64,000 bases of DNA from Octopus vulgaris (lineage: Eukaryota): the NCBI GenBank assembly GCA_951406725.2, contig OX597818.1, positions 4,960,001-5,024,000 of the forward strand, given 5' to 3'. A program made the translations under genes and the position numbers. Positions 14,325 to 26,564 of the stretch are shown here, one piece after another. Numbering within the stretch: position 1 is the first letter of the stretch; every line of letters starts with the position of its first letter. A model generated the notes under the pieces. That model was not told where the DNA came from, did not search any database, and saw only the letters and a program-made list of their open reading frames with translations.

Positions 14325-14331
14325 ATATATA
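13062..14331. repeat. ~1.3-kb complex AT-rich microsatellite (TA, TATC, TATTTA units)
   Basis: Directly visible; source of the spurious YI-repeat ORFs. Confidence 0.95.
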
Positions 14332-15043
14332 GGGCCAAAGAGAGTACGGGCGCCGCTATATATATTATATGTAGAAAAATACAAACTGGGACAAGAACGT
14401 AAAACATTTAGAAGATGATACAAAAATCACCGACGGGAAATTCGAAGCCTTCAATCTTCAGTCAAGAACCGGATCATCCTCGCAATTTCGGCTGATTAAT
14501 CTTGAGATCGCTTCGATCCGGCCAGCCCCAAGGAAAAACTAACCTGCGAGCATTAGATATCTTGGAAGAAGGATCGAATGTATACGAGACAAGGACAGAA
14601 AAACGGACGATGCCACACGACTAATAGTAATAACAGGACAAAAACAGCGGGTGTCTTACGACTATAGACAGTAGACAGTACAACTTAGTTTAGCTGGTGT
14701 ATTTGGAAAAAAATGCCTTTTTCAGCAGACGAAGACAACGATGTTCTCGTGGCGCTGGTTAGAAGCCGAAAGGCTGGTTGACCAGCGGTCACGTGAGAGG
14801 AGAAGAGAGAGAAAAAAAGGGGACAAAGGAATCAAAGAGAGAGAGAAAAAGAGGGACAAAGGCACCAAAGGCGGGAGAAGAGAGAGAAAGAAGGAATTAA
14901 AGAGGGGAGAAGAAAGAGAGCGTGCCAAGGATTAGCTTGGCGACAGAATCAGTGAGGTGCAAAGTGAGAAAGGCAGAGAAATGTGAGAGAGTGGGGGAAG
15001 AGGAGACCAAAGAATCAGAGGCAAGAAAAGGGAAAAGAAGGAG

Positions 15044-15078
<35 letters not shown>

Positions 15079-15370
15079 AAAGTAGAGTGCAAAGTGTGAA
15101 AGGCAGAGAAATGTAGGAGAGAGAGACAGTGTTATAGAGTCGTACCAAATTTAAAGGAATATGTACTTGCATTCAAGGCCAAAGAGGCTACGGGCGTCGC
15201 TATATATATTATATGTAGAAAAATACAAACTGGGACAAGAACGTAAAACATTTAGAAGACGATACATTTAGAAGAAGATTGAAGGCTTCGAATGTCCCGT
15301 CCGTGTTTTTTGTATCGACTTCTAAATGCTTTACGTTCTTGTCCCAGTTTGTATTTTTCTACATATAATA
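14332..15370. mobile_element. Non-coding element with direct and inverted copies of a ~100-130-bp terminus, in a TA tract
   Basis: tattatatgtagaaaaatacaaactgggacaagaacgtaaaacatttagaag occurs at ~14363 and ~15207 (direct) and as reverse complement at ~15275-15370. Confidence 0.65.
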
Positions 15371-15409
15371 TGTATATATATATGTGTGTGTGTCTCTATA
15401 TGTGTGTGT

Positions 15410-15600
15410 ATGTTTGTCACCTGTCACCGTTTGACAACCAATGGTGGTGTGTTTATGTGCCTGTTGGTTAACGGTTCCATAAAGAGACCCATAGAATAAG
15501 TAATATGCTTAAGAAATAAGTTCTGGGTTCGATTTGTTCGACTGAAACCTCCTAGTCAGTGCTCTAGCATGACCGCAATCACATGACAGAAACAAGTAAG
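15410..15600 (+). mobile_element. SINE 3' fragment
   Basis: ttgacaacc..tggtgtgttta...gcatgaccgca shared with the SINE copies at 23421, 46089 and 47238. Confidence 0.7.
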
Positions 15601-15864
15601 TATTAGAATATAAATAATTTATGCATGAACATATACATACATACTTACATGCATGCATACGTATATGTATGTATGTTTGTGTATGTATGTATGCATCCAT
15701 ACACAGAGACATATTTTATATATAAAATTGTTTGATATATGTTCTATTAACTTTTGACAGCAGCATTGACAGATGACAATCTGAAGTTAATTAGTTATTT
15801 AGTTGACTATGTTGTTTGCTGAATAAAACATTCTTTAATCACCTCGGAAGGATGCAATTAATAA

Positions 15865-16010
15865 TCCTGTCTACTATAGGCTCAAGCCCTGAAATGTTGG
15901 CGGAGGGGAGTAGTCTATTACATGGACTCTAGTGTTTCACTGGTACTTAATTTATCGACCTTGAAAGGATGAAAGTCAACCTCGGTGTAATTTGATCTCA
16001 GGATGTGAAA
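15865..16010 (-). mobile_element. SINE fragment (second family)
   Basis: ctggtactta.tttatcgacc..gaaaggatgaaag..aacctcgg shared with 48843-49050. Confidence 0.65.
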
Positions 16011-16354
16011 ACTGATGAAACGTGGATATCCACGAATTAAACAGAACGCAGTAGGACGTAATAAACATTCTACCAAATTTTTGCTAGCAACTGTTCCAAA
16101 TCCGACAAGCTATTGCCGCATAGACACGCATGCGCACTCATGGTAACACCCACAATACCATTTGTGCGTGTGCTTACGTAAACACTGGGAATGCAATTGA
16201 CGAAATAAATATATAGATTATTCGTGATTATAAAGTATGTTCATCTACCTTACTGAATAATATTTATGGCTATATGTTCCTGATTGTTTGTTTGTTTGTT
16301 TGTGTGTGTGTGAAGCTGGCAGTTCATGGGCCTGCCTCTTCCTGTTTATAACTA

Positions 16355-17615
16355 TTAGGTCATCCCATAAGTTCTGTCCGATTTTATCTTTTTTTTAAAT
16401 TGTATGAAATTTAATAGTATTTTAGAATGTCTTATGGAATTAAAAATTATTTTTATGCATTTGTGTACATTTAAACTAATTAAATATTATTTTACAGAAT
16501 AATAGAATTAAAATCTCTTTGATTAAAACTCTTTCAAACATGGAAGTATCCAAACAGCATTTGAGGGACATAATGCTTTATGAGAACAAAAAAGGAAACT
16601 CTGCAGCCGAAGCAACCTGAAACATACACTCAGTTTATGGAAAAGAATGCTTGAATGAAAGAACTTGCAAAAGATGGTTTGTAAAAATCAGAAGTGGAGA
16701 TTTCAGCCTTGAAGATGAAGGTCGAACAGGACGTCCAGTTGAGTTTGATGATAAGTTCCTTGAGCCATTACTTGAAGAAAAAAATGCATTATCAGTTGAA
16801 GAATTGGCAATAAAGCTTAGTTCAAACCATGCAACTGTTCATCATCATCTTCAACAACTTGGAAAGGTTCCTAAATATGGAAAATGGGTGCCGCATGAAT
16901 TGTCCGAAAGCAAAGCAAATCCTGAGCTGACATCTGTTCTTCACTCCATTCTCGCGAACACATTTCACCCTTTTTTGTGACTGGTGGCGAAAAATGGATC
17001 TTCTATCGAAATGTTAAACGTTGTAAACGGTAGCTTGGTAAAAGGGAAAAAGCTCAACCACAACCGAAAAGGGAACTTCATGAGAAAAAGGTTCTTCTCT
17101 CTGTCCATTGGGAATGCAAAGGAGTAATTCCCTTTGAATTGTTACCACCTAATGCAATAATCAATGCTCACGTCTACTGTCAGCAATTAGAGCGTTTCAA
17201 TCAAGCTTTGAAGAAAAAAAGACCCGCTTTAGTGAATGAAAAAGGAGTGATGTTTCATCAGGACAATACGCGATCCCACACTGGAAGATTACATCACAGA
17301 AGGTCGAAGAGCTTGGTTGGGAAAAAAATTCTTCATCCACCTTGTTTTCCCGACCTTGCCCCTTCAGACTACGATTTGTTTCGTAGTTTACAGAATCATT
17401 TCGGGGACATAACTTTGGCAAGCCAGGAAGAGGTCGAAACTGACATTTCAGAGTCCTTTGCTTTGAAACCAAAAGAATTTTACATTGATGGGATTAAAAA
17501 GCTTGTAAATAGATGGAAGAAAGTCGTAGATAATCAGGGAAAGTACATTGATGATTAAATTTCATCACTTGTTTACTTTATTCAAAATTCGGACAGAACT
17601 TATGGGATGAAATGA
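16355..17615 (+). mobile_element. Full-length defective mariner transposon (~1.26 kb)
   Basis: Terminal inverted repeats ttaggtcatcccataagttctgtccga / tcggacagaacttatgggatgaaatga flanked by TA. Transposase motifs WVPHEL, HQDN and PDLAPSDY are present. Confidence 0.95.
16540..17558 (+). pseudogene. Mariner transposase pseudogene
   Basis: ATG at 16540, followed by stops and frameshifts; fragments correspond to ORFs 16651-16980 and 17139-17558. Confidence 0.92.
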
Positions 17616-18227
17616 TATATATGAGTATGAATATGCGCTACCTCGCTATGAACGTAGTATCAAATTCGTTTGAACGCAAAATACAAGATGGTGTAACAAT
17701 AATATTTAAGATCTGAATCTGTAATTAATTGTTTTGCATATTAAAACACCTGAGCACATAAGTTGAGAGTAGAGTTCGTAAGTACAAAATTGATGTGTGC
17801 TATATAAATTCTGAGCTTATTTTTGGCTAATCTGATAATTATACTATTATTTATGACACTGGGTCTATATTTCCGTTTATTAATAAGTTCGAAAGAAATG
17901 CTTTCTGATGTTCATTTTAACAAAACCTCCTCGTTTCGTATTTTCCCTATAATCTCTTATAATTTTATATACAATAATGACTGTAATTTCCTTACATAGT
18001 GATACAAATACTTCATATTACTTCAGTGGGATTATGTTTTGGCGGTTAAAGAGAAACATATCTATGTATGTATTCATAGATACATATTCAACCCTTATAT
18101 ATATCTACACACATATACACCACACACTCATACATATATATATATATATATTTTTTTTTAAATATACATATATTTACATACGCACACAATGTATGCATTT
18201 ATGTATTTATATATACGCATGCATTTA

Positions 18228-18261
<34 letters not shown>

Positions 18262-19402
18262 GCACATTCTATCTACATATGTGTGTATGTATGTAAATGC
18301 ATATGCTAAGATATCCTGTAACATGTCATATGAAAATTAAATCTTGATGCAATGGTTCAATTATTATGGTAATAAATTCTTTTATGTATAAAGGAATTTG
18401 ATAAAAGCTATCAGAGTAAGCATTTCAAAAACTACACGATAAAAGTTTTCGAAAATGTGACATTTACAGAAACGCGTACAGGTTACTTAAAATGTCATCC
18501 TACTTATCTATTTCGGCTAATAATAGTAATAAGAATAATACAAATGTGAACTTATAAAGTGGAAAAGGATTTTCTTTTAGGTAATCGGTGATATTTCATG
18601 TCTGATATATAATTTCATTCTAAACAGTTTTGAACCTTAATTCAATCTCTGAGAGGTTAGTGATAAGAAAAGTTGCACTGTGGTTGCAGTAGCTACAAAA
18701 GTGGGCATTAATTCAATTATATTAAAAAAAAATCGACAAAAATGCATTTTTATCAACGTTCAGATTTTTTATATATATGCATATACATACGTACATACAT
18801 ACATATATACATAATACACACACATTTATATAAACAAATATATTTACATACACACAGATTCACATATATTTTTTATATTTAGATATATGTAGGTATAAAT
18901 GTAAGTATATGTATATGTGCATTGAAATATTGAAACTGTTAGTGATCTTAAGAAAACACAATCTTACCGATATTTACTGTTACAGGTACACCCCCCAACA
19001 CACACACACACCCGCACACACTTTCCTATTGAATCAAGTTCATATATTCTAAGATGTAACGAATTAAGAAACTTGCACACATAAAATAATGTAAGATGAT
19101 AACGAAGATGATAAGTAGACACATGTTTCAGGTTCACATATTGCAAGTTCACTAGAAGTAATTTCGGATGAAAAAACGTAAACAGATATGCAAGATCTTC
19201 AATAAAATACAAGTAGAAACTTGGTTTTGGCTATATTGCATCCAATTATCTCGTGCTTTCGCAGGGAGGTCAGTGTAGAAGAAATTTTGCGGAATTACGG
19301 TGAAACTATTTGGATTTGGCTGGTTTAGTTAATATATGTGTGTGTGCACGCATGTGCATGAGCTTTTGTTGTGTGTGTATGCACACGGGTGTGAGCTTCT
19401 GT

Positions 19403-19433
<31 letters not shown>

Positions 19434-19763
19434 ATGTGCGTGTGTGTATGTGTGTGCGTGCGTAAATGTCTTGTGTATGTTCGTAAAACATTTCGAGATA
19501 AGTGGGAAGACCACAACATATCGTTTTTGATATTTGTTTATCGCAGGATATTTAGTTAGTTTTCTTCCAGAGTTAATGACCTCTGTAATGTATGTTATTT
19601 GTAATTATTTAATACGTCATAGGCATTCACAGCAAACACACACATACACACACGCAGACAAGTATTTTGATAACACATAGATATATACATATAAATAATA
19701 TATACACATATATAATATGCATGTATATATATATATTTATATGTGTATATATATATGTGTATT

Positions 19764-19836
<73 letters not shown>

Positions 19837-20221
19837 TTACATATACATATACTTACATACGCGTGCGCACTCATATATGCGTGTATATACGAGTGAATGT
19901 CTGTTTTTGTGTCAGCAGTACAATAAACGTGTGAACACACATAATAAGTTATATGAAATATATTAGAGAGAAAATGAAAGTCCTTGCTTATGACTGTGTT
20001 CTTTGAAGAGAAAACTTTATGAATTCTTCGTTCATGTAATATGACTGAGCTGAAAATTGCAATGTTTCTTTCAGAAAAATCTTCTTATGTAATCATCTTA
20101 TTTCTGTATTAAATTTCCGGGGTTAAAGTTTGTAAATGATTCGTATTATCTGCTAATGTTACTGCCGAGTCCTTCTTTATCGTGGGTTATAATTAAATGG
20201 CATTTGGAGTTCTTAAGCAAT

Positions 20222-20272
<51 letters not shown>

Positions 20273-20560
20273 ATATATAGAAGGTAACTTCTCAGAGTTT
20301 TTCGAAAAATTAACTTATTCTAAAAAGCATAATAGTCGAACATCGTTATACTTTGTTAAAATTTGTTAAACGTTTTTACCCATTAATATGCGTGTACATA
20401 CATACATACATACATTCATACATACATACATGCATACATACATACATACATACATACATACATACATACATACATACACACATATGCATGCATACATACG
20501 TATATAGATATAGATATTGATATATATAATATATAATATATATGACATATGATGTATATA

Positions 20561-21424
20561 CAGGGTGTTTCAAAAAATTTGATATAATTTGAGATGTAAA
20601 TATCACAGAAACTACATAGTCAAAGCAAATGAAACTAAACAGGCTTAACGTTGAGCAACATAAGATTTATTCCTCCAAATTTGAATGAGACATTCAATGG
20701 TATGTAGATTCCATGAACAATTTCTTGCAGATGGCGCAGAACACATTCACTTTCTCAGCTGTGGCGTGGTGATTTTCTTCGCCCCGAATTCGAACATTAT
20801 GCTTATTGTTTTGCCATTCGTATGAAATGTAGGCTTATCACTGAAAATAAGACGTTCCTTAAACTCGGGGTCTTTAAGTTTCTCTTGCATATCAACACAG
20901 AATTGTTTGCGTTTTCGCTTGTCATCTGCTGCTATGGCATGAACGAGCTGCAGCTTGTAGGGTTTCATTAGTAAGCGTTACTTAAGGACGCACCAAACTG
21001 TCGTTGGAAGAATCTGGGTTTCCAGACTTGTTCTTCTTATGGACTTCTTGGTTCTTCGCAAGAGTTTTTGGCGAATCCGGTCGACCATCTCTTACGATGC
21101 TAGTGGTCGTCCACATCCTTTTGTCATGCACAGACAGCCTTCCTATTTGAATTATTTGTGCCACGTCGAAATCTGCTTTGTTTGTAACTTTTTAGAGAAC
21201 TATCTCACAAATGCACGCTGCAGTCTTGTTCGACTGTGTTCGAGCATACTCAAACACACGAAACGCCTTTTCTTTTCCAGTGAATGCCATTTCTATACCT
21301 GAAAAAATAAACATATTAAACATAAAAGTTTGACTTGTTTCTACACATGCTGTTAAATTTTGAAGTCATTTGAACAAGAAATGGCAAAGTTATAAAATTG
21401 CGAAATGATACCAAAAACACCCTG
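20561..21424 (-). mobile_element. Internally deleted Tc1/mariner-superfamily transposon
   Basis: Ends TA-CAGGGTGTTT ... AAACACCCTG-TA. ORF 20747-20968 MKPYKLQLVH...LIFSDKPTFHTNG covers the first catalytic Asp region. Confidence 0.85.
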
Positions 21425-21482
21425 TATATATGACATATATCTGTACATACATACATACATGCATACATGCATACATACATGC

Positions 21483-21537
<55 letters not shown>

Positions 21538-21545
<8 letters not shown>

Positions 21546-22610
21546 GAGCAATAAACCTATAAAACAATATCTCTATAAATATGTAAAAAATATACAAAAA
21601 TATATAAGAAATATAAGTAAAAAGTATAGAGAGATAAAAAGCCTGTACGTGGACACAATATAGAAAGCAAGTCCTATCTGTAATCTCGGGGGGACCAAAA
21701 CATAACAAATATTTAGCCACGTATGGACATGAACTGAAAAGTTCAGTTCTTGAATTCAGACATGTGGCGATGTCTAAGCCGATTTTCCAGATGAGCCATC
21801 TTTCCATATCACAAAGACTGCACTTTCCACTGCCGTTGGTGTATAGCTTACACTTGGCTGAGATCTTCCAATGTATGTTGTAACTGACACCTTTATCTTT
21901 TAAGGACCATATATGACTGGATAATTTGGGCATTTTCCTTTTATCCCAGTGCCTGTAGCTCAAGGTGTGATTATTGAACCTGGCCTTGAAATTGTCCTCT
22001 GTAAGGCCCATTTATTTCTTCGTCGAAACCGTGTTCTTAGTGGATATAGAGTCCACGGTGGCTTCATAAACGATGGTCTCGGACATGCAAGCTCCATTTA
22101 GCGGGCACAAATTTTTATCCCTGCATGAACAGCTGGTTTCATTTAGTGGTTTTTGTGTGTTGTGTGCGATTACATTTTTAAAATTGGTAGCTGAGCCGAA
22201 ACTGAGTTATGTCTATTGAAGAGCTTTCTGTAACTATGGTTGACTGGAAAATGTCTATCTATCAGTACTAAGAAATACTTGCCTATATAGAAGGTCACTT
22301 CGGGTGAGTAGGGGTGTGTGAACCAGATAGTTTTCATATTCCTATGTTTCCTTTTCTTTATTATTAGACTGGTAGCAGGTGTATAGGTTATTTTCTCGCT
22401 AAATCCACTATCATTTAGGCCTTATATGCTGGGGCAACGCTATTAAAAATGTTCCTATCGGAGGAGAGACTAGAAATTCTTTTGCTAATGCTTTTAACTA
22501 AATTTTTAAACACCATGGGGGATGGCTAAGGATACATCTAGGAAATTGATAACCTTCAGGTTGGTGTCTGTAGTTATGCTAAGACCGCAGGTTTTCATCA
22601 AATGGATGAA
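21538..22610 (-). mobile_element. 5'-truncated decayed relative of the intact PLE at 24099-26225
   Basis: ORF 21316-22011 GLTEDNFKARFNNHTLSYRHW...CSLCDMERWLIWK closely matches the C-terminus of the 708-aa ORF. Its 3' end abuts (TA)n. Confidence 0.92.
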
Positions 22611-22619
22611 AACCTTCGG

Positions 22620-23180
22620 TCTTATGTGAGTTGGGCTTGTGTAAAAGTTCAGTCAGCAAATTTATATAGGGAGAAAATAGTGAATTTAGATTGTATTTGT
22701 TTCGTACACACGTCGATATGTTCACTGAGATAAATGTGGCGGTATTGTGGTGAGGCTATCTGTTGACGATGCACCGTACAACGTTGACGGATAGAATTCC
22801 CCGTGCTATCGATATAGTCTTTCTGGCAGCCCGAGCATCTGATTTTCGGATGCACAATTGAACTTTTATTTAATTGTAAAGTGTTGCCCTTGTTTAAAAT
22901 GGTATTCTGACCATTCCAAAAGGTTGGGGCATATATCACAGTTGGGAGAATAATTTTGCATTAGTAAGCAGTTTCTTTAATGACTTAGGTTGTTTGTTGC
23001 TTTTGATAATTTTAATGTCACGTAAAATTCTTTTTTAGTTCTGGGTCCTTGTGTATAAATGAATTGGATTGGGTAGTGTCTATCCAGGAGGACGTTTTTC
23101 AGTTCTTGTAGTCTTAAATCTCTAGTGTTTTTCTCTGAGACAATAGTGCAAATTCTTCTTGCAAGGTTGAAGGAAATGAT
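22620..23180 (-). mobile_element. PLE fragment (thumb + GIY-YIG) related to the 10021-13061 family
   Basis: FNLARRICTIVSEKNTRDLRLQELKNVLLDRHYP and IRCSGCQKDYIDSTG...HRQQI. Confidence 0.85.
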
Positions 23181-23300
23181 TGTTTGATGTAATGTGATCC
23201 CAATATCACCATAAACTTTATTATACAAACTTCCTGTAACTTTTACACTTCTTTTCTTTCTTATATACCTACCCCACGTGTATACAGAACTTTCCCTTCT

Positions 23301-23373
<73 letters not shown>

Positions 23374-23420
23374 TTATTTATATGTATATATTTATTTATA
23401 TGTATGTATGTATATATATA

Positions 23421-23606
23421 TCCGCCCACCATCACTTGACAACCGATGTTGGTGTGTTTACGTCCCTGTAATTTAGCGATTCGGGAAAATGGAACCGATA
23501 GAGTAAGTGCTAATTTTACAAAAGAATAAGTTCTGGGGGCGATTCATTCAACAAAAGGCGGTGCTCCAGCATGGCCGCAGTCAAATGACTGAAGCAAATA
23601 AAAGAA
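23421..23606 (+). mobile_element. SINE 3' fragment
   Basis: cttgacaaccgatgttggtgtgtttacgtccc...ggtgctccagcatggccgcagtcaaatgactgaa. Confidence 0.75.
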
Positions 23607-23670
23607 TGTCTCATGTTCAATACATGAGCACTTCCCAACAATGTCTGTAATATATATATATATATATATA

Positions 23671-23923
23671 TGTTATGTCCCAAGAAGAATTTATATATTT
23701 TTATGTATTTTTATATAATTTTTATGACGAAAATGCGAGCGATGTATATGTACGCAGGCAAAGCAGAGTTATAACAGAGTAATTTCCCTTCATTTTTAAC
23801 GGTATTTTTTCATAACGTTTTCAAATAGCCAGATAACCGAAGAGATGGTGTTGTGGATTTCCACTTCGGCATCTGAAACTCAGAGTTTTATCTTGACTAC
23901 CGAGTAATGTAACATATTGTATA
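23671..23923 (+). repeat. 5' pseudo-LTR of the PLE
   Basis: Direct repeat of 26239-26503. Confidence 0.93.
23831..23893 (+). ncRNA. Variant type I hammerhead motif in the 5' pLTR
   Basis: AGATAA-CCGAAGA-[GATG..gtggatttccac..CATC]-T-GAAA-CTCAGAG-TT-TTATCT: 6-bp stem I, CCGA core variant, long stem II. Confidence 0.65.
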
Positions 23924-24098
23924 GATAAATTTCTTCTATTTACATAATATTGAGGTCTCTTTCTTTCTTTTGTTATCTTACCGTTTTATCAATAAATCAC
24001 CTCCTGGACGACGTTATTCTCAACTAAGAGCTAATACGACCTTTTGGGGATTATCGCCTAACATCGGTTGAGGACTCTCACAAACAAAAGAATCTAAT

Positions 24099-26225
24099 AT
24101 GGACGCATATCACATAGATTATTCTATGAAAAATATACCGATCCCATCAAAGGATTTTTACTCTAAGAAACTTCTGCAGAAAATTACTGATGTAATTAAA
24201 CGTATGAGATGGAAGGCTTTCTTTTTTGACACAGAAGCGAACACCAAGGAAAACATTCTCTATCAAATAAAATCCAAAAAATTCCCTCCCAGGATTAAAG
24301 GCTTGGAAGATTTCGAAGCGGACCTGCTGAAAATCATGAGCAAAATAAAATTTCGTAAGTCTTTTAACGATTTCCAACATAAATTAAAAAAAGATATTAA
24401 TGATATAAAAAGCTCCAAGAAAAAAGCACTTTTTTCGGATAAAACCAAGAACTTATACCTGGTAGATAACAGCAAATACACACAACTCTTACACAACAGC
24501 ATCATTAATAATTATACTAAGGCTAGGGCACAGACATATAACGAAATTAATAAAGAAGCTAGCGTCATCGCCGCTAAACTTAAATTAGATAAAAAAATAG
24601 AAGCCCTCCCCCAAAAAGAGGCCTTTATTACTATTAAAGATCACAAAGAAAACTTCCTTTCCAACCCTAAATGTAGGCTTATCAACCCAGCCAAGTCAGA
24701 ACTAGGGATTATTAGCAAAGAAATTTTAGATAAAATAAATACGAAAATTAAGACCGATACTAGGCTAGTGCAATGGTCCAATAGTATAGAAGTCGTAGAC
24801 TGGTTTAAAGCTATTAAGAATAAGAAAAAAGCGAGGTTTACACAATTCGATATTGTTGATTTTTATGCCTCTATCTCTAAAGAACTGCTAGATAAAGCCC
24901 TAATCTTCGCTAGTGACTTCATAGAAATTAGTACCAATGATAAGGATATAATCTTCCATGCTAGAAAGACATTACTTTTCAGTGAGAATGCAAAGTGGGT
25001 AAAAAACACCGACACGGAGGGCGCTTTCGATGTGAGCATGGGTTCATATGATGGGGCAGGCATCTGTGATCTAATTGGACTCTTTCTCCTAGATACCTTC
25101 GGTAAGACATTCCCTAACGTACATTTCGCCATCTACAAAGATGATGCCCTCACCTTAACAGCTAATACAAATGGACCAGCACAAGATCGTTTTAGGAAGG
25201 ATATTATCCAGTTAATGAAACACTTCGGACTTAGTATAACTATAGACACTAACCTGACGGTTGTCAATTTCTTAGACGTTTCCTTAGATCTTAATAATAA
25301 TATTTATAAGCCTTATAGGAAGCCCAATGATAGACTAAGTTATATTAATGTAGGTTCATGCCATCCCCCTATAGTATTCAAAAATTTAGTTAAAAATATT
25401 AGTAAGAGGATTTCTAGCCTCTCATCTAATGAGGACATCTTCAATAGCGTTGCCCCAGTTTATAATAAAGCTTTAAAAGATAGTGGTTTTAGCGAAAAAA
25501 TAAAATATACACCTATCACTAGCCCAACAGTAAGGAAAAGGAATAATAGAAATAGGAAGGTCATCTGGTTTACGCCCCCTTACTCACCCGAGGTGGCCTT
25601 CAATATAGGTAAATATTTCCTAGCACTGATAGATAGACATTTTCCAGTTAACCATGCTTATAGGAAACTCTTCAATAGACACAATTTAAAAATTAGTTTT
25701 AGTTCAACTACCAATTTTAAAAACATAATCAATCATAACATACAAAAAACACAAGAAGAAAACAGCTGTTCATGCAGGAATAAAGAATTGTGCCCGCTAA
25801 ATGGAGCTTGCATGTCCAAGACCATCATATATGAAGCTACCGTAAACTCTATAACCACTAAAGACACCGTTTCGACGAAGAAATACGTGGGCCTTACAGA
25901 GGGTAATTTCAAAGCCAGGTTCAATAACCACACTTTGAGCTTTAGGCACTGGAACAAAAGAAAAGCGACACAATTATCCAATCATATTTGGTCTTTAAGA
26001 GATAAAGGTGTCGATTATAACATACAATGGAAGATTTTGGCCAGATGTAAGCCCTATACTAACGGCAGCGGAAGGTGCGGTTTATGCGACATGGAGAGAT
26101 GGCTTATCTGGAAAAGCAGCTTAGACCCTACCACATGTCTAAATACAAGGACAGAGCTTTTCGGATCATGCCCACATGTGACTAAATTTCTGTTACGTTT
26201 TTGGTCCCCTAAAGAAAACGGATAG
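24099..26225 (+). CDS. PLE polyprotein: reverse transcriptase + C-terminal GIY-YIG endonuclease (708 aa; Nematis-like, clade tentative)
   Basis: CRLINPAKS, QFDIVDFYASI, DVSMGSYDG, IYKDD (RT catalytic), NFLDV, CSCRNKELCPLNGAC, IIYEATV..KYVGLTE..FKARF (GIY-YIG), CGLC, LNTRTEL. Confidence 0.93.
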   Translation: MDAYHIDYSMKNIPIPSKDFYSKKLLQKITDVIKRMRWKAFFFDTEANTKENILYQIKSKKFPPRIKGLEDFEADLLKIMSKIKFRKSFNDFQHKLKKDINDIKSSKKKALFSDKTKNLYLVDNSKYTQLLHNSIINNYTKARAQTYNEINKEASVIAAKLKLDKKIEALPQKEAFITIKDHKENFLSNPKCRLINPAKSELGIISKEILDKINTKIKTDTRLVQWSNSIEVVDWFKAIKNKKKARFTQFDIVDFYASISKELLDKALIFASDFIEISTNDKDIIFHARKTLLFSENAKWVKNTDTEGAFDVSMGSYDGAGICDLIGLFLLDTFGKTFPNVHFAIYKDDALTLTANTNGPAQDRFRKDIIQLMKHFGLSITIDTNLTVVNFLDVSLDLNNNIYKPYRKPNDRLSYINVGSCHPPIVFKNLVKNISKRISSLSSNEDIFNSVAPVYNKALKDSGFSEKIKYTPITSPTVRKRNNRNRKVIWFTPPYSPEVAFNIGKYFLALIDRHFPVNHAYRKLFNRHNLKISFSSTTNFKNIINHNIQKTQEENSCSCRNKELCPLNGACMSKTIIYEATVNSITTKDTVSTKKYVGLTEGNFKARFNNHTLSFRHWNKRKATQLSNHIWSLRDKGVDYNIQWKILARCKPYTNGSGRCGLCDMERWLIWKSSLDPTTCLNTRTELFGSCPHVTKFLLRFWSPKENG

Positions 26226-26238
26226 AACATGCTTTCTG

Positions 26239-26493
26239 TGTTATGTCCCAAGAAGAATTTATATATTTTTATATATTTTTATGTATTTTTATATAATTTT
26301 TATGACGAAAATGCGAGCGATGTATAAGTACGCAGGCAAAGCAGAGTTATAACAGAGTAATTTCCCTTCATTTTTAACGGTATTTTTTCATAACGTTTTC
26401 AAATAGCCAGATAACCGAAGAGATGGTGTTGTGGATTTCCACTTCGGCATCTGAAACTCAGAGTTTTATCTTGACTACCGAGTAATGTAACAT

Positions 26494-26503
<10 letters not shown>
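26239..26503 (+). repeat. 3' pseudo-LTR of the PLE
   Basis: Direct repeat of 23671-23923, with one extra ~11-nt T-rich unit. Confidence 0.93.
26409..26471 (+). ncRNA. Variant type I hammerhead motif in the 3' pLTR
   Basis: Identical to 23831-23893. Confidence 0.65.

Positions 26504-26564
<61 letters not shown>

Larger units (their letters stand above)
23671..26503 (+). mobile_element. Apparently intact Penelope-like element with direct pseudo-LTRs, inserted in (TA)n
   Basis: Near-identical ~250-265-bp direct repeats (23671-23923, 26239-26503) flank a single uninterrupted ORF. (TA)n lies on both sides. Confidence 0.95.

Noticed and set aside
16540-17558. Domesticated SETMAR-like gene
   Set aside because: Multiple stops and frameshifts, intact TIRs and no SET domain; an ordinary dead mariner.
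23900-24098. Intron in the PLE 5' leader
   Set aside because: GT donors, a pyrimidine tract and an AG are present and PLE introns are known, but boundaries cannot be fixed without transcript data.
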